Source: Callorhinchus milii (lineage: Eukaryota). Taken from it: 64,000 nt of DNA. The stretch covers positions 10,046,001-10,110,000 of the forward strand of contig NW_024704742.1 of assembly GCF_018977255.1 (NCBI RefSeq). The letters are read 5' to 3'. Under the pieces are notes generated by a model. That model saw only the letters and a list, made by a program, of their open reading frames with translations. It was not told the origin of the DNA and did not search any database. Below are positions 49,821 through 61,550 of the stretch, piece after piece (the first letter of the stretch is position 1; each line of letters opens with the position of its first letter). Position numbers and translations under genes: made by a program.

Positions 49821-52800
49821 ATGTGGCCAGTGTTTATACATCTAAGATACTGGATCTATGATGCGGGATACCTTTGTGTCCAGCACTGTCTCATTGATAA
49901 GAGACAAGGACAAAGAGCTTTCCGAATTGCTCAATGTTGCGATTATGACCCACACGGTCCTCGGGAGGCCCAGGTTTCATAAACCTTCAATGCTCTGGTT
50001 CCTACCCTGCGTGAGGGGTGCGATATAAATGCAAGTTGTTGTTGTTTAGTGCTGCCTTACCAGTCCTCAACAGGCCAACAATTGGAGGGTGGTAAAATGT
50101 GGCCCCAATTCAATCAATTTCAGCTAACGTTTTTAACTCGATAAATTCAACTGGGGTCAAACACCAGTGTGAGCCATAGCATAAAGGAGAAAAAAGGCTT
50201 GATAGAGATTTAACACAAGGTGTCCTAACACATGTAAACCGTGAACACTATTCAAAAAGAGAAGGGGGTTTCCTCTTGTGCTCTGACCCTCAATTCGCCA
50301 CTGGATGAAATTGGTCATTCACTTCCTGACTGTTTGTGGAGCATTTCTGTGCACAAATCGGCTGCTATGTTGGCTTACAAATACACAGTCACTGTACTTT
50401 ACAATATATCCTTCAAGATATCCTCTCAATATGAAATATTTTATCAACAACAACTTACATTTATATAGCACCCTTCGGAGTGGGGTAGGGTCTCACAGCA
50501 CTATCAAATCCAAGGAAGATTTATTAATAATCCCTCAATAATCCCATGCTAACCCCGATAATGATGTCTCATAGCACAAGCATGACATGGTCAAGATAAA
50601 GCTAGACTGTTTAACTCAACTACTAGATACTGATACTCATGCACTAACATATTAATAAACCAGGGTATTGCGAAAAAATCTTTGTATACAGAATGCTCTA
50701 CCACAAACAGGTAATGGAAATCTGTCAATTCCCGGCAGGGCGAAACGATGGGCAAGTTTCCTTACTCCACACGCCTCTGTTTACCTAGCAGTTAGTAGGA
50801 ACCTAGTTGTTAGTTGATAGGCGGATTGTTTCCAGGGTAATAATCCCTTCAAAAATGTTAAAGATAAAAATAATTTGGTCCGTCGTTCCACTCTGTTTGT
50901 GGGTCACTGCTGTGCGCAATTGGCTTCCGCATTTCGCCCACAAAATATACAATCAATTCACTTTACACTATATTCTGTGAGATGTCTCAAAGACATGATA
51001 GACGGTTGAAAAGGAAGAATATTTAAAGATGTGTGGGGAGCGAGCAGGAGAGTGGGGAAAAAAAACCAGCAACCACGGATGTGTGCGATGGACTGAAAAT
51101 CATGTCTCTGTGCTGTACGTAACATGGTTTGATTCTTGGAATACAAGGCTGCTGGAGGAGAGGGTCAGCCTCTGGCATATCTCCAGAGTTGCCAGGAGTG
51201 AGACAGTGAATGCACCGTATACAGCAGCATTTACTCACTCAGCAGATAAGACAACTCAGTCAGTGGGACTGACGCACATTGCGCACCATAGCCCAGCACA
51301 GCTGCAAGAAAAGACTGATCCACAAGTGCAACAAGCAGCTCAGTCCCATGAAAAGGAGACCTGTTTAGGGAACCAGTGCATCGTTAGAAGCCATCAGCTC
51401 TTATCAGGATTGCTCTCTTAACATCCGCTTGGGTTTCAATTTCTGAACGCCAACTGTCTGCTGCTATATTACACAAGTAGCTCCGAATTATAAATATGTC
51501 ATAGCACACAGCAAAAATGGGTAGATTTTACCACAGCCCTCCTTATTCTTTGAATGACGTTAACAACACATACCCATGAGTAAGGTCACCTCAGCATCTC
51601 GTAGACACACCACAGATGCCGACTTTTCGTGGCTTTTCAGACAGAACTGTCAAATTATTCTGCCCCCAGACAGATAAAATAATAGTGCTGCTTTCCCTCA
51701 CCACACGCAAGCACACATACACATGGGCCAAACAGTCCCATCCACTACATTTGCAGCTCCAAGCTTCACTTGTCCTTCTTCCACTAGCATCAGTCTTACC
51801 CCAAATGACTCCTGGACCAAACAAATAAAGGCCTTCCCTTGCTTACAGTACTTACAACACCACATATATTTTAAACCGGTAAGGTCTGGCGATTTCTTTC
51901 AAATAATAATCCTTACATTTGATAGAACGCTCTTCATGTCGGGAAGTCGTCTCAAAGTGCTTCAGAGAAAATACTGTGACGTGCACTAAACTGTATATTT
52001 AGGCGAAAGCAACAGCCAATTTGCTGGCAGCACAAATGTCCCAAAATCACCATGGATTGAGTGACCAATTTTATTTGGGGGTTGTTGACAGCTTCTCAAT
52101 AGTGCCATGAGATCTTTAATAATAATAATAATCCTTGCATTTGATATAGCACCTTATCACATCTTCAAGGTGTCCTAGTTGTACGCAGCAATGTCCCACA
52201 AACACCCATGATCAATTTTTTTTTGAAGGAATTATTACCCCCGGAAAAGCAATTGACCAATCGACTAACCACCGGGTTCCTACTTACTGCAGAGGTGTGT
52301 GGAGTTAGGGAACTTGCCAGGAATCAAACCTAGGTCTCTTGCGTGCGAGGCGAGTGCTCGAACCACTGAGCTACAGGACTCCACAATGCCACCTGAACAT
52401 GTAGACAAGATCAAGTTGACGTGGACGCAAGAGTGCTACCACCCGAGCCAGGCTGACACAACCTTTTGAGAGCATTTAATCCTACTTAATATTTTATTCA
52501 GCACATTGTTCTGGATCAAATCCTGAGTTCAGAATCTGTGTCACTACCAGGAAGGCTTCTCCAGTAACTGGCAACTTGAAAGATGATCCTCTCCTGGTCG
52601 TAAGAGGAATGGGAGCCCCAGAGGCAAGCCGATTTTCTACGCACAGTGGACGCAGACTGAGTCGGCAAATTGAATAGTGAGTCAGATAGCTATGACGCCA
52701 AGAAATTGATTAAGGAATATGAGAAATATATGAACTAAATAAATTGGCGTAAAGATGGATTGACAACGTCTTTCTCTCGAGTCCTGTAGCCAGGAGTCCA

Positions 52801-53182
52801 CCAGAAGAGAAGCATGAAAGTGGAATATTACACCACCGCCATTCTTAAACATTTGAACAAGGGATTAAGTGAGATCTTCCTGTGGTTCACCAGGAAAACA
52901 GGAAGAGGCGACTATGGGAACATCAAGCCTGTTCTAACAGTTTATTAGATTTTGGACAATCTTTAATTCTAATGCCCCAAGCTTTCATTGTACCCTTTAT
53001 AATGATATTACGAACATCAGTTCTCAGGAGACACATCTGGCAAAGCCTGGAAGGTCCACAGTTGTCCACAGTAACACAGTGGATGGTTGACCCACCCAGT
53101 CTGTCTGGCTCGTCAATGAGACGTGGAGGTGTACACATGTAAGCCAAAATCCCGACAGGTAGGGGAATCCCAACATAAATAA

Positions 53183-53392
53183 AAGACAAAATACCGTAGA
53201 TGCTGGAGATTTGAAATAAAAACAGAAGTCGCTGGGAACACGCAGCAGGTCAGGCAGCATCTATGGAGAGAGGAAAATGAGTTAACGTTTCAGGTCTATG
53301 ACCTTTCATCAGAACTGAAACGTTAACTCATTTTCTTCTCTTCATAGATGCTGTCTGACCTGATGCGTGTTCCCAGCGACTTCTGTTTTTAT
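53183..53392. mobile_element. Penelope-like element remnant (inverted pLTR pair)
   Basis: ~78-bp inverted arms (53216-53293 / 53315-53392); direct repeat atccca(a/g)cataaataa at 53167-53182 and 53391-53406; hammerhead core between the arms. Confidence 0.8.
53279..53317 (-). ncRNA. Minimal type I hammerhead ribozyme motif
   Basis: Minus strand reads cAGUU CUGAUGA a AGGUC aua GACCU GAAAC GUU AACUc: both core boxes, a 5-bp stem II, a palindromic ACGU stem III and a 4-bp stem I. Confidence 0.75.
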
Positions 53393-55059
53393 CCCAGCAT
53401 AAATAAGGTTTGTGAAACATGACAGTACCAATCTAGACACTCCCTTCGTTCAGCAGGCACCAGTCTGCTTCACATCTCCCGCCCTATCAGCCAAACCATC
53501 AGCCAATCTTCCCCAGTTCAATGGAACTCCATCCCGGAGTACCTCTGACTTGCCCCTTCCTCACCTCTTTCAAGGTTCATCTCAAGACCTTCCTCTTCAA
53601 CCATGCCATTGGTCATCTTTGCCCTCCCCATTCCCCCCCTTGGCTCACCCCCTCCTCTCCCACAGGTGCCAAGAGGCTTGGGACAGCTTCCTGATATGAG
53701 AAGCACATTTGTATAAGTCTACATTTGTACTATAGTCATAGGTAGTTTGTGTGTCAGCCTGGCTCAGTGGTAGATTCTCGCCTCTGAGTCAGAAGGTTGT
53801 GGGTTCAAGCCTCAGGTCGGGACCTGGAATCACAAAATTACATTTAAAGAGCGCTTTTCCCATCGGGAGGACAAGCAAAAGCGCTGGAAGGTCAAGGGAG
53901 ATAATAATAATAATTCTTGCATTTGATATAGCGTTTTTCACGTCGGGAGGACGTCCCAAAGCGCTTCACAGAACACACTGTAAAGTGAATTGACTGTACA
54001 TTTGTGGGAGATCAGGACTGAGCTCGGCTGGGATGAACCCTGTGATTTAATAGTCTGCCTTCACTTTCCTTTCCTGCTCTGCACATGAACAATGAACACT
54101 TTGGTGATGTGCCAGAGGTCAGTCATGCTAATTAAAAGGTTAGGTGCTTCGGCAGAGGCAGAATCAATATTAGTTTCCAAAAGGATCCACCACTGTTTTG
54201 TGAACATTGTTGTTCACAAATAGCTGCCGTGTTTCGCCCACGATACATAGTTAATTCATTTCACAGTATATTCTGTGAAGCGCGTTGAGACGTCTCGAAG
54301 ACACGATCCGGCGCTATATCAAATGCAAGGATTATTATGATTATTATCGTTATTATTATTATGTCTAAGCAGGTGTAATTTGTACAGGTATGGGGAAAAC
54401 GTTGGCAAATGGGACTGAAAACATTGCTCTTTCAAACAGCCAGCACAGACATGACAGGCCACACGGCCTCCTCTCACACTGTAAAAGTCCAGGTTTTATG
54501 AAGAGCCCAATCTGCCCAGCTCGGCAGAACTCCACCCAAAGTCCCCCCAACTCACCCCTGCCTCACCTCTTTTAAGGTTCATCTCATGACCTTCCTTTTC
54601 GACCATGCCTTGAGTTATTACTGGCTCCATGAAGAGTCACTGTAATGTGTGGCTCTTACAGAAAATATTAGGAAGAGAGGGGAGGGAAAGAACTGAATCA
54701 CTCCAGAGCGAAAGACTGTTACTACTTAATAAAAGTGTCTGCCATAAGCACAGTGGTTTGAAACAGTTACAGGGACTGTTGCTTTTTGTAGGACTATTCG
54801 TTCTACACAGCCTGGTGATATCTGTGTATCAAGTCCATTAGCCTTTGGGGTATTATAGAGATACCGCTAAGATACAGGACTCTTTCTGGAGTCCTGTGAA
54901 ACGTTGGTCACGTTTCCTTACTCCACACGCTTGCGTTTACCTACCAGTAAGTAGAAACCCGGTTGTTAGGCAATTGGCAGATCTTTTTTCCGGGGGTAAT
55001 AATCCTTTCAAAATAAATAAAACAATTATAATTTGGTCACTCAATCCATGACCATCTTG

Positions 55060-55770
55060 TGTGGTGTTCCTCAGAGCTCTGTCCTCGGATGACACCCAAC
55101 TCTAACTCTCTGCTTCCACCCTGGACTCCAGGACTACTGGCATCCTAACCGACTGTCTGTCCGACATCAAGTCCTGGAAGAGGGACAACTTTCTCCCACT
55201 CAATGTCAGCAAGACCGAGGCCCTCCTGATTGGCTCGCGCCAGCGCCTCTGCACCTCGGGCACTGGCAGCATGAGCCTCCACGGCTGCACACTCAACCTC
55301 ACTAAGCCAGTCAGGAACCAGTCTTTGTTTGACCTTGAACTGTCCTTTCTCCCCCACATCCGCGCCGTGACCGGCACTGCCTACCACCACCTCCGCAATA
55401 TTGTCAGGTTCCGCCACTGCCTCACCCCTCAGGCTGCCGAAACCTCACCCACGCATTCGTCACATCAAGGCTCAATTACGGGAACTCCCTCCTCATCGGC
55501 CTTCCCAACTCTTCCCTTCACACGGTGCAGATCATCCAAAACTCTGCAACTTGTGTACTCTCACCACCAGGCTCCATGACCCCATTACTCCTACCCTCGC
55601 CCGACTCCACTGGCTCCCCATCCCCAGAGGATCGAATTCAAGATCCTCGTTCTCACTTTCAAGGCCATCCATGGCCTTGCCCCTCCTACCTCGCTGACCT
55701 GCTGACTCCCTACCAACCTGCCCGCTTTCTCCGTTCCGCGGGCTCCGGCCTGCTCCATGTCTCCATCCTG
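55060..55770 (+). mobile_element. L2 LINE RT fragment lacking its 3' tail
   Basis: GVPQ-like start, LNLTKPVRN, HHLRNI and ARLHWLPIP motifs. Confidence 0.9.
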
Positions 55771-56583
55771 AATAATCCAAGCGGTAAGTGACAAAGCATG
55801 CACAAGGGTTTCGGCTGCATTTGGGGTAAGGTTCGGTCAGAGGTGGGCAATGTGACGGAGGTGGAAGAAAGCAGTCCTGGTCAGGGACCAGATGTGGGGA
55901 AGGAAGGTCAGTTGGGAGTCGAACCAGATGCCTAGTTTGCACACTGGTTCGGTGAGTCTGAGGGAGAGCTCAGAGGGGTTGAGGAGTTTAGATCTGCAGG
56001 ATTGAAGACATTGACAGGAGCCAAGGAGTATGGTTTCCGTCTTGCCCATATCCAGCTGCAGTTTACACTAATCCAGGCCTTGATGTCTGCCAGACAAGCT
56101 GATAGAACATCGGCAAACCTGGAGTTGGTACTAGAGGAGGCAAAGTAGATTTTGTGTTATCCGCATTTGGAAGTATACTCCGTGTCCGTGGATGACATCG
56201 CTCTGAGGAGCTTATAGATAAGGAAAAGAAGAGGATCAAGGATGGAGCCCTGAGGTACTCCACATGTGACCGGGTGGGGGTGAGAGGAGGAACCATTTGC
56301 TGAGATGAAATGGAGGTGGTTGGTTAAGTAGGACTCAAACCAACTGAGTTAGATGAGGGAGAAGAGCTGATGGTGGAAGATGGTTCGAACACGGCAGAGA
56401 GATCCAGGAGGACGAGGAGGCAGAGGGAGCCCTGGTCACAGATAGAGAGAATGTCGTTTGTGACTTTGACAAGTGCTGTGTCTATGTTGTGGGCAGTCAG
56501 GGCGAAAACCAGACTGCAGGTACTCAAGGACGGAGTGGAAGGAGAGGTGTGACCAAAGTTGACCTGCAACAATGTGTTCCACG

Positions 56584-57473
56584 TGTGAGAAAATAAAATC
56601 AGCCATAATCCGTTTGCAACCGGATATTTGACTGTTTATTATTATTCGTTCGTTATTCCCCAATATCCCGATGGGTCAGACCAAAGGCCGGTACAATCAA
56701 CAGATCTTATAACAGAACAATACCACCGTAGATATCTCGAGTGGAACACTGTGTCTTTGCAGCACACAAGCTTGATTCTTCATGCTTTCAGTCTTCTTGC
56801 TTACAGCTTTCAATCTTCCATCTGATATCCTCAGTCTTAGTGTTTCTAGCTCTCAGTCTTCCATCTCCCGTACCCTTGTCTCCGCAGCCCGGGACGGCTC
56901 CATCTCCCGTATCCTTGTCTCCGCGACCCGGGATGGTCCCATCTCACGTACCCTTGTCTCCGCGACCCGGGATGGCCCCATCTCCCGTACCCTTGTCTCC
57001 GCGACCCGGGATGGCCCCATCTCACGTACCCTTGTCTCCGCGACGCGGGATGGCCCCGTACACAAAGTTATCGTAACTCTTATACTGATGTTCATCCAAT
57101 CATGGTGCGGACATTAGATCACCTGGCCGAAATCATGCTGGGTCATCATGGGGTGTACGTGCCTCAGCACATACACATACACATTGTCCTTAAGACCCCT
57201 GTTATCTGATGCTTGTTACTTTGTTAGGTGGGATCATTAGTACATTCCTTTTAAGTGACTGGTTATTTCTTATCAGTATCCCGGGATGGAACCAAGGTCC
57301 TCTAATTTAAGCAACTTGCTTGTTAGCTGCTATTCTTGAGGGTTGCCTTTTGTTGCTCTTGAGTGTTAATCATGAGTGTCAGTCCAGTTGCCCCCCACAC
57401 TTAACTTAAAAGTTAATCCGTTCGCAACATCTATTATGATTCTAACATTATACAAAAACTGTAAATTCTAACA
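56584..57473 (-). mobile_element. Solo LTR, 890 bp (ERV- or Gypsy-type)
   Basis: Termini TGTGAGAA...TTCTAACA (7/8 inverted); 4-bp TSD cacg/catg; cleanly splits the L2 RT; minus-strand TATAA (57080-57084) next to a CCAAT box (57096-57100), and AATAAA (56635-56640). Confidence 0.85.
56861..57055. repeat. Tandem array of 5 x 39 bp
   Basis: Unit ccatctcccgtacccttgtctccgcgacccgggatggcc starting at 56861, 56900, 56939, 56978 and 57017. Confidence 0.97.
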
Positions 57474-59721
57474 CATGAATGAACAAGGAAGGGAAGATTG
57501 GAGATGGGACGGTAGTGTGAGAGATTAGAGGGATCGAGGGTGGATTTTTGAGGAGGGGTGTAATGACAGCGGTTTTCAGGGGAAGTGGAACAGAGCCTGA
57601 GGCGAGAGACTGGTTGACCATGTTGGCCAGCAGGGAGGAGAGAAGGGGGAATTGAGTGACCAGCAGCTGGGTGGGGAGGGGGTCAAGGTAGCAGGTAGTG
57701 AACTTCATCCAGGTGATTGTGGTTGGGGGAGGAGGAAGAAATGGGAGCAAAGGAGTGTAAGGAGAGGGAGTAGCAGGAGCCGTGGCGGAAAAAGAAGGCG
57801 GTGTGTGGACTGGCTGGGTGGGGTGGAAGGGGACATGGAGGGGAGGAAGATGCAACCAAGCAGATGTTTTCAATTGTTGAGGCAAAGACGTCTAGGACAT
57901 CTTTGCACTTGGCGTTTGATGTGAGAATCGAGGGGGCTTGAGGAGGTGCACGGAGGAGGTGATGGACAGTGGAAAACAGTGTCTTTAGCTCCAGGATGAC
58001 TTTGGAGTAAAAGTCGGTTTGGGCCTGTGAAAGGGAGAGGTGGTAGGTGTGGAGGTACTCGAGCCACGAGTGAATCGTGAGAACGGATTTCTGACATCTG
58101 CGCTCAAGCATTTGGGTTTGTGTTTTGAGTGAGCGGAGATGTTGTACCAGGGGGAGAGGGTGGGTTTGGAAACAATGCTGTATTTCAGGGGCACCAGGGA
58201 ATTCAAGATTGGGGAGAGACGGTCATTCAGCAGCTTGACAACTGCATCAGGATCGCTGCGGAAAGGAGGTCCGAGGAAGAGAGGGCATTTGTGAAGTACT
58301 CAGGGGGAAGCTTTTTCCAGGGACGGAAAGAAATAGTGGAGGGTTTGGAAAAGGGGAGGAGGATGTGGGAGGAGAGGGAGATGAGGAAGTGGTCCGAAAT
58401 GGCCTTGTCTGTGATTGACAGGTCGGAAATGTCAAGGCCGTGTGTGATGACGAGGTTGAGGGAGTGGCCACGGTTGTGGGTCAACGAGTTGATGTGGAAG
58501 GTGAGGTTTAGGGAGGAGAAGAGGGCAGTGAAATCTGAGGAGATGGTGCAAGGGGAGTTTAGGTGGAGTTTGAAATCACCCATTATGAGCAGCTGTTCAG
58601 TGCAGAGGGACAGTGATGAGAGGAGAGAAAGATATTGGTGAGGAAGGAGTCAGAAGGTTTTTTTTGGGGGGGCAGTAAACTAGGAGGATTTTGAAGGAGA
58701 GAGAGGAGGGATGGTAGAGGGTGAAGTGCTCAAAGGAGGAGAAACAGCCAGAGGAATAGGGGGATACACCAAGGGAAGCTTGGGAGATGAGGGCCACCCT
58801 ACCGCCACGTTGGATTGTTGTTTGCCTCCAGGATGACTTTGGAGTAAAATTTGGGGGGTGTGGTGAAAGGTGCAGCCAGGAGGGGAGGCTTCAATGAGGG
58901 GGATGGGATCACTGGGCCAGAGCCAGGTTTCTGTAAGCCCAAGAATATCCATGTGCTCATCCAGGATGAGGTCGTGGATAGTAAGGGCTTTGTTGGAGAG
59001 GAGTGGACATTTTGGAGAGAAATGCGGATAGGTTTGCTGGTGGGGAACGGCGATAGGCTGAGTGGTATAGAGAGGATTTGAGGTCGTGGGGGAGAAGTGA
59101 CCATGGTTTTTGAGGAGCAGACACTGTTTGGGAGGGTAGGCAGTGCAGATGAGGAAGGGTTAAGGGGTGTTTGTTGCGGGACGAGACGAGTACTCTAACC
59201 ACTAAGCTGCAGGACTCCACCTCATCAATCACACTGACTGTGAGTGCCTGTTGTTGGCCCATGGATTCTGATCTACTTTGTATCAAGAAATCTGAGTCAC
59301 AAACTCAGACTTGGTAAGTCCCAGATTCTACACCGGCGCTGGAAAAAAGTTTTTCCATCACCCATATTTTGCACTGAAGCTATAACATCTGTCACTACAA
59401 ACATTTCAGTCTGGATGAAGGAAGTTATAAGTGTTACGAGGCAGTTCTAACCACATGGAGAGCAGAGCCCTGTCCCTTGATTGCATCACATGGTGCAGAG
59501 TAGCTGAGCTAACACTTGGCAGTCACTGTATGCACGTGGAGGGAATCTCTCAACAGGGTAACAAATCACCTTGTTAAACATTACTTCGGCTCAAGCAGAT
59601 GATTGGCAAATGCAGAGACAGGACAGTCAGGCAGGTTAAAGAGAAGCACAAAGCACTCAGTCCAACAGCCAACACTCACAAATTTTACTCTCATGGAGAC
59701 AGAAAGGATGCCAGAAGCCTC

Positions 59722-60497
59722 TCAAAGCCGGTCAGGAACCTCAGCGTTTTGTTCGACCCTGAGCTGTCCTTTCTCCCTCACATCCGCACAACTGGCACCT
59801 TCCATCACCTCCGGAACATCGCCAGACTACGGCACTACCTCACCCCTCACGCTGCTGAAACCCTGGTTCACGCCTTTGTCACCTCAAGGCTGGACTATGG
59901 GAACTCTCTCCTCGTCGGCCTTCCGCCACCTCCCTCCACAAGCTGCAGGTCATTCAGAACTCTGCAGCTCGTGTACTGTCCGCACCAGACACGCGACACA
60001 TCACTCCCACCTCGCTCGCCTCCAGGCTCCCATCCCCAGAGGATTGATTTCAAGATCCTCATCCTCACCTACAAGGCCATTCACGGCCTTGCTCTCCTAC
60101 CTCCAACCTACTATCCCCCGCTACTGCCCGTACTCCGTTCCTCTGGCTCCGGTCTGCTCCAGTCCCGCCCCAACGCTACCACATGGTGGTCGGGCCTTCA
60201 GCCTCTCAGCCCGAGGCTCTGGAACGCCATCCCCCAGTCCCTTCGCCGCTTCCTCCCTTTCCTCCTTCAAGGCCGGTCTCAAACTTTCTCTTTGACCGAG
60301 CCTTCAGCTCCCCTCTCGACTCTCTTCCTCCTCGCTCCCTCCTTCCCTCCCTCACCCTGACCATTTCCCCCTCCTCGCTCTCTCCCTCCTGACCATTTCC
60401 CCTGCTCGGGTCATGACCCAACTGTGCAGCGCCTTGGGACGTCCTCCTGACGTGAAGGCGCTTTATAAATGGAATCTTGCTGTTGTTGTTGTTGTTG
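59722..60497 (+). mobile_element. Young L2 3' portion, rich in short deletions
   Basis: Near-identical to 43618-44418 apart from many short deletions. Confidence 0.92.
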
Positions 60498-60600
60498 TAT
60501 ATAGAGCTCATTCTTGAGCATATTCGCCTACAAAATACACAGTCAATCCAGTTTCCTAGTTTCCACCCGCTACACTATCACATGTATGTTAGAGCTCAGA

Positions 60601-60662
60601 ATTTTAATATACAGTCATATTTTGTGTTTCACGAAACACAAAATATGACTGTATATTAAAAT
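60601..60662. repeat. Perfect inverted repeat, 30-bp arms, 2-nt spacer
   Basis: attttaatatacagtcatattttgtgtttc-ac-gaaacacaaaatatgactgtatattaaaat. Confidence 0.97.
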
Positions 60663-60966
60663 GTGAAGTGCTTTGAGACATCTCGAAGACGTAATAAGCT
60701 CTGTATGAAATGTAAGTATTATTATTATTTCTTAATCAAAAGCAGTCTAACCGGCCCTAAACCAGCCCCGCGCCCCCCAAACATCCTTCCTGTCTACTAA
60801 AAGTAATAGATTTCCAACCTTGTCTTTCCAATGCAGTTCCCTGTCAATACAGCACTGCATGTGAAATATATTAGCATTTTGTCCAACTGGTTGAACCACT
60901 GTATTTCAAAACACAGCCTGGATGTTTATCAATGCAGAGCCAAGATTCTGCAGTGACTCTAAGCTC

Positions 60967-61550
60967 TTTGATTTCAAGATCCTCATCCTCACCTACAAGG
61001 CCATTCACGGCCTTGCTCCTCCTACCTCTCCGACGTACTATCCCTAACCACCTGCCCGTACCCTCCGTTCCTCCGGCTCCCGGTCTGCTCCACGTCGCCC
61101 GCCCAATCGCCCTACCATCGGTGGTCGGGCCTTCAGCCTCTCAGCCCCGAGGCTCTGGAACTCTATCCCCCAGTGCCTTCGCCGCTTCCTCCCTTTCCTC
61201 CTTCAAGGCCGGTCTCAAGACCTTTCTCTTTGACCGAGCCTTCAGCTCCCCTCGACTCTCTTCCCCCTCCTCGCTCCCTCCCTTCCCTCCCCTCACCCTG
61301 ACCATTTCCCCCTCCTCGCTCCCCTTTCCCTCCCCTCACCCTGACCATTTCCCCCCTCCTCGCTCCCTCCCTTCCCTCCCCTCACCCTGACCATTTCCCC
61401 CCTCCTCGCTCCCCTCCCTCCCTTTTCTCCCCTCACCCTGACCATTTCCCCCCAATGCTCGGGTCATGACCCAACTGTGCAGCGCCTTGGGACGTCCTCC
61501 TGACGTGAAAGGCGCTTTATAAATGGAATCTTGTTGTTGTTGTTGTTGTT
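60967..61550 (+). mobile_element. Young L2 3' portion with an expanded 3'-UTR minisatellite
   Basis: DFKILILTYKAIHG motif; four tgaccatttcccc units; (TTG)n tail. Confidence 0.92.

Larger units (their letters stand above)
55771..59178 (-). mobile_element. Long decayed L2 LINE ORF2 (APE endonuclease + RT), interrupted by a solo LTR
   Basis: Endonuclease motifs ISLQNVHS, DILGLTETWL, MGDFKLH and SDHFLI; RT motifs YRPISNLPFL, QSGFRP, LLVLLDLSA and GVPQGSIL; many frameshifts. Confidence 0.92.

Noticed and set aside
52560..53160. Possible decayed coding or retroviral fragment
   Set aside because: Stops in the frames examined and no recognisable motif.
56861..57055. CRISPR-like array or repeat-protein ORFs
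   Set aside because: Units are contiguous with no unique spacers, lie inside an LTR, and there are no cas genes. Frames are open only because 39 is a multiple of 3 and the unit lacks stops.
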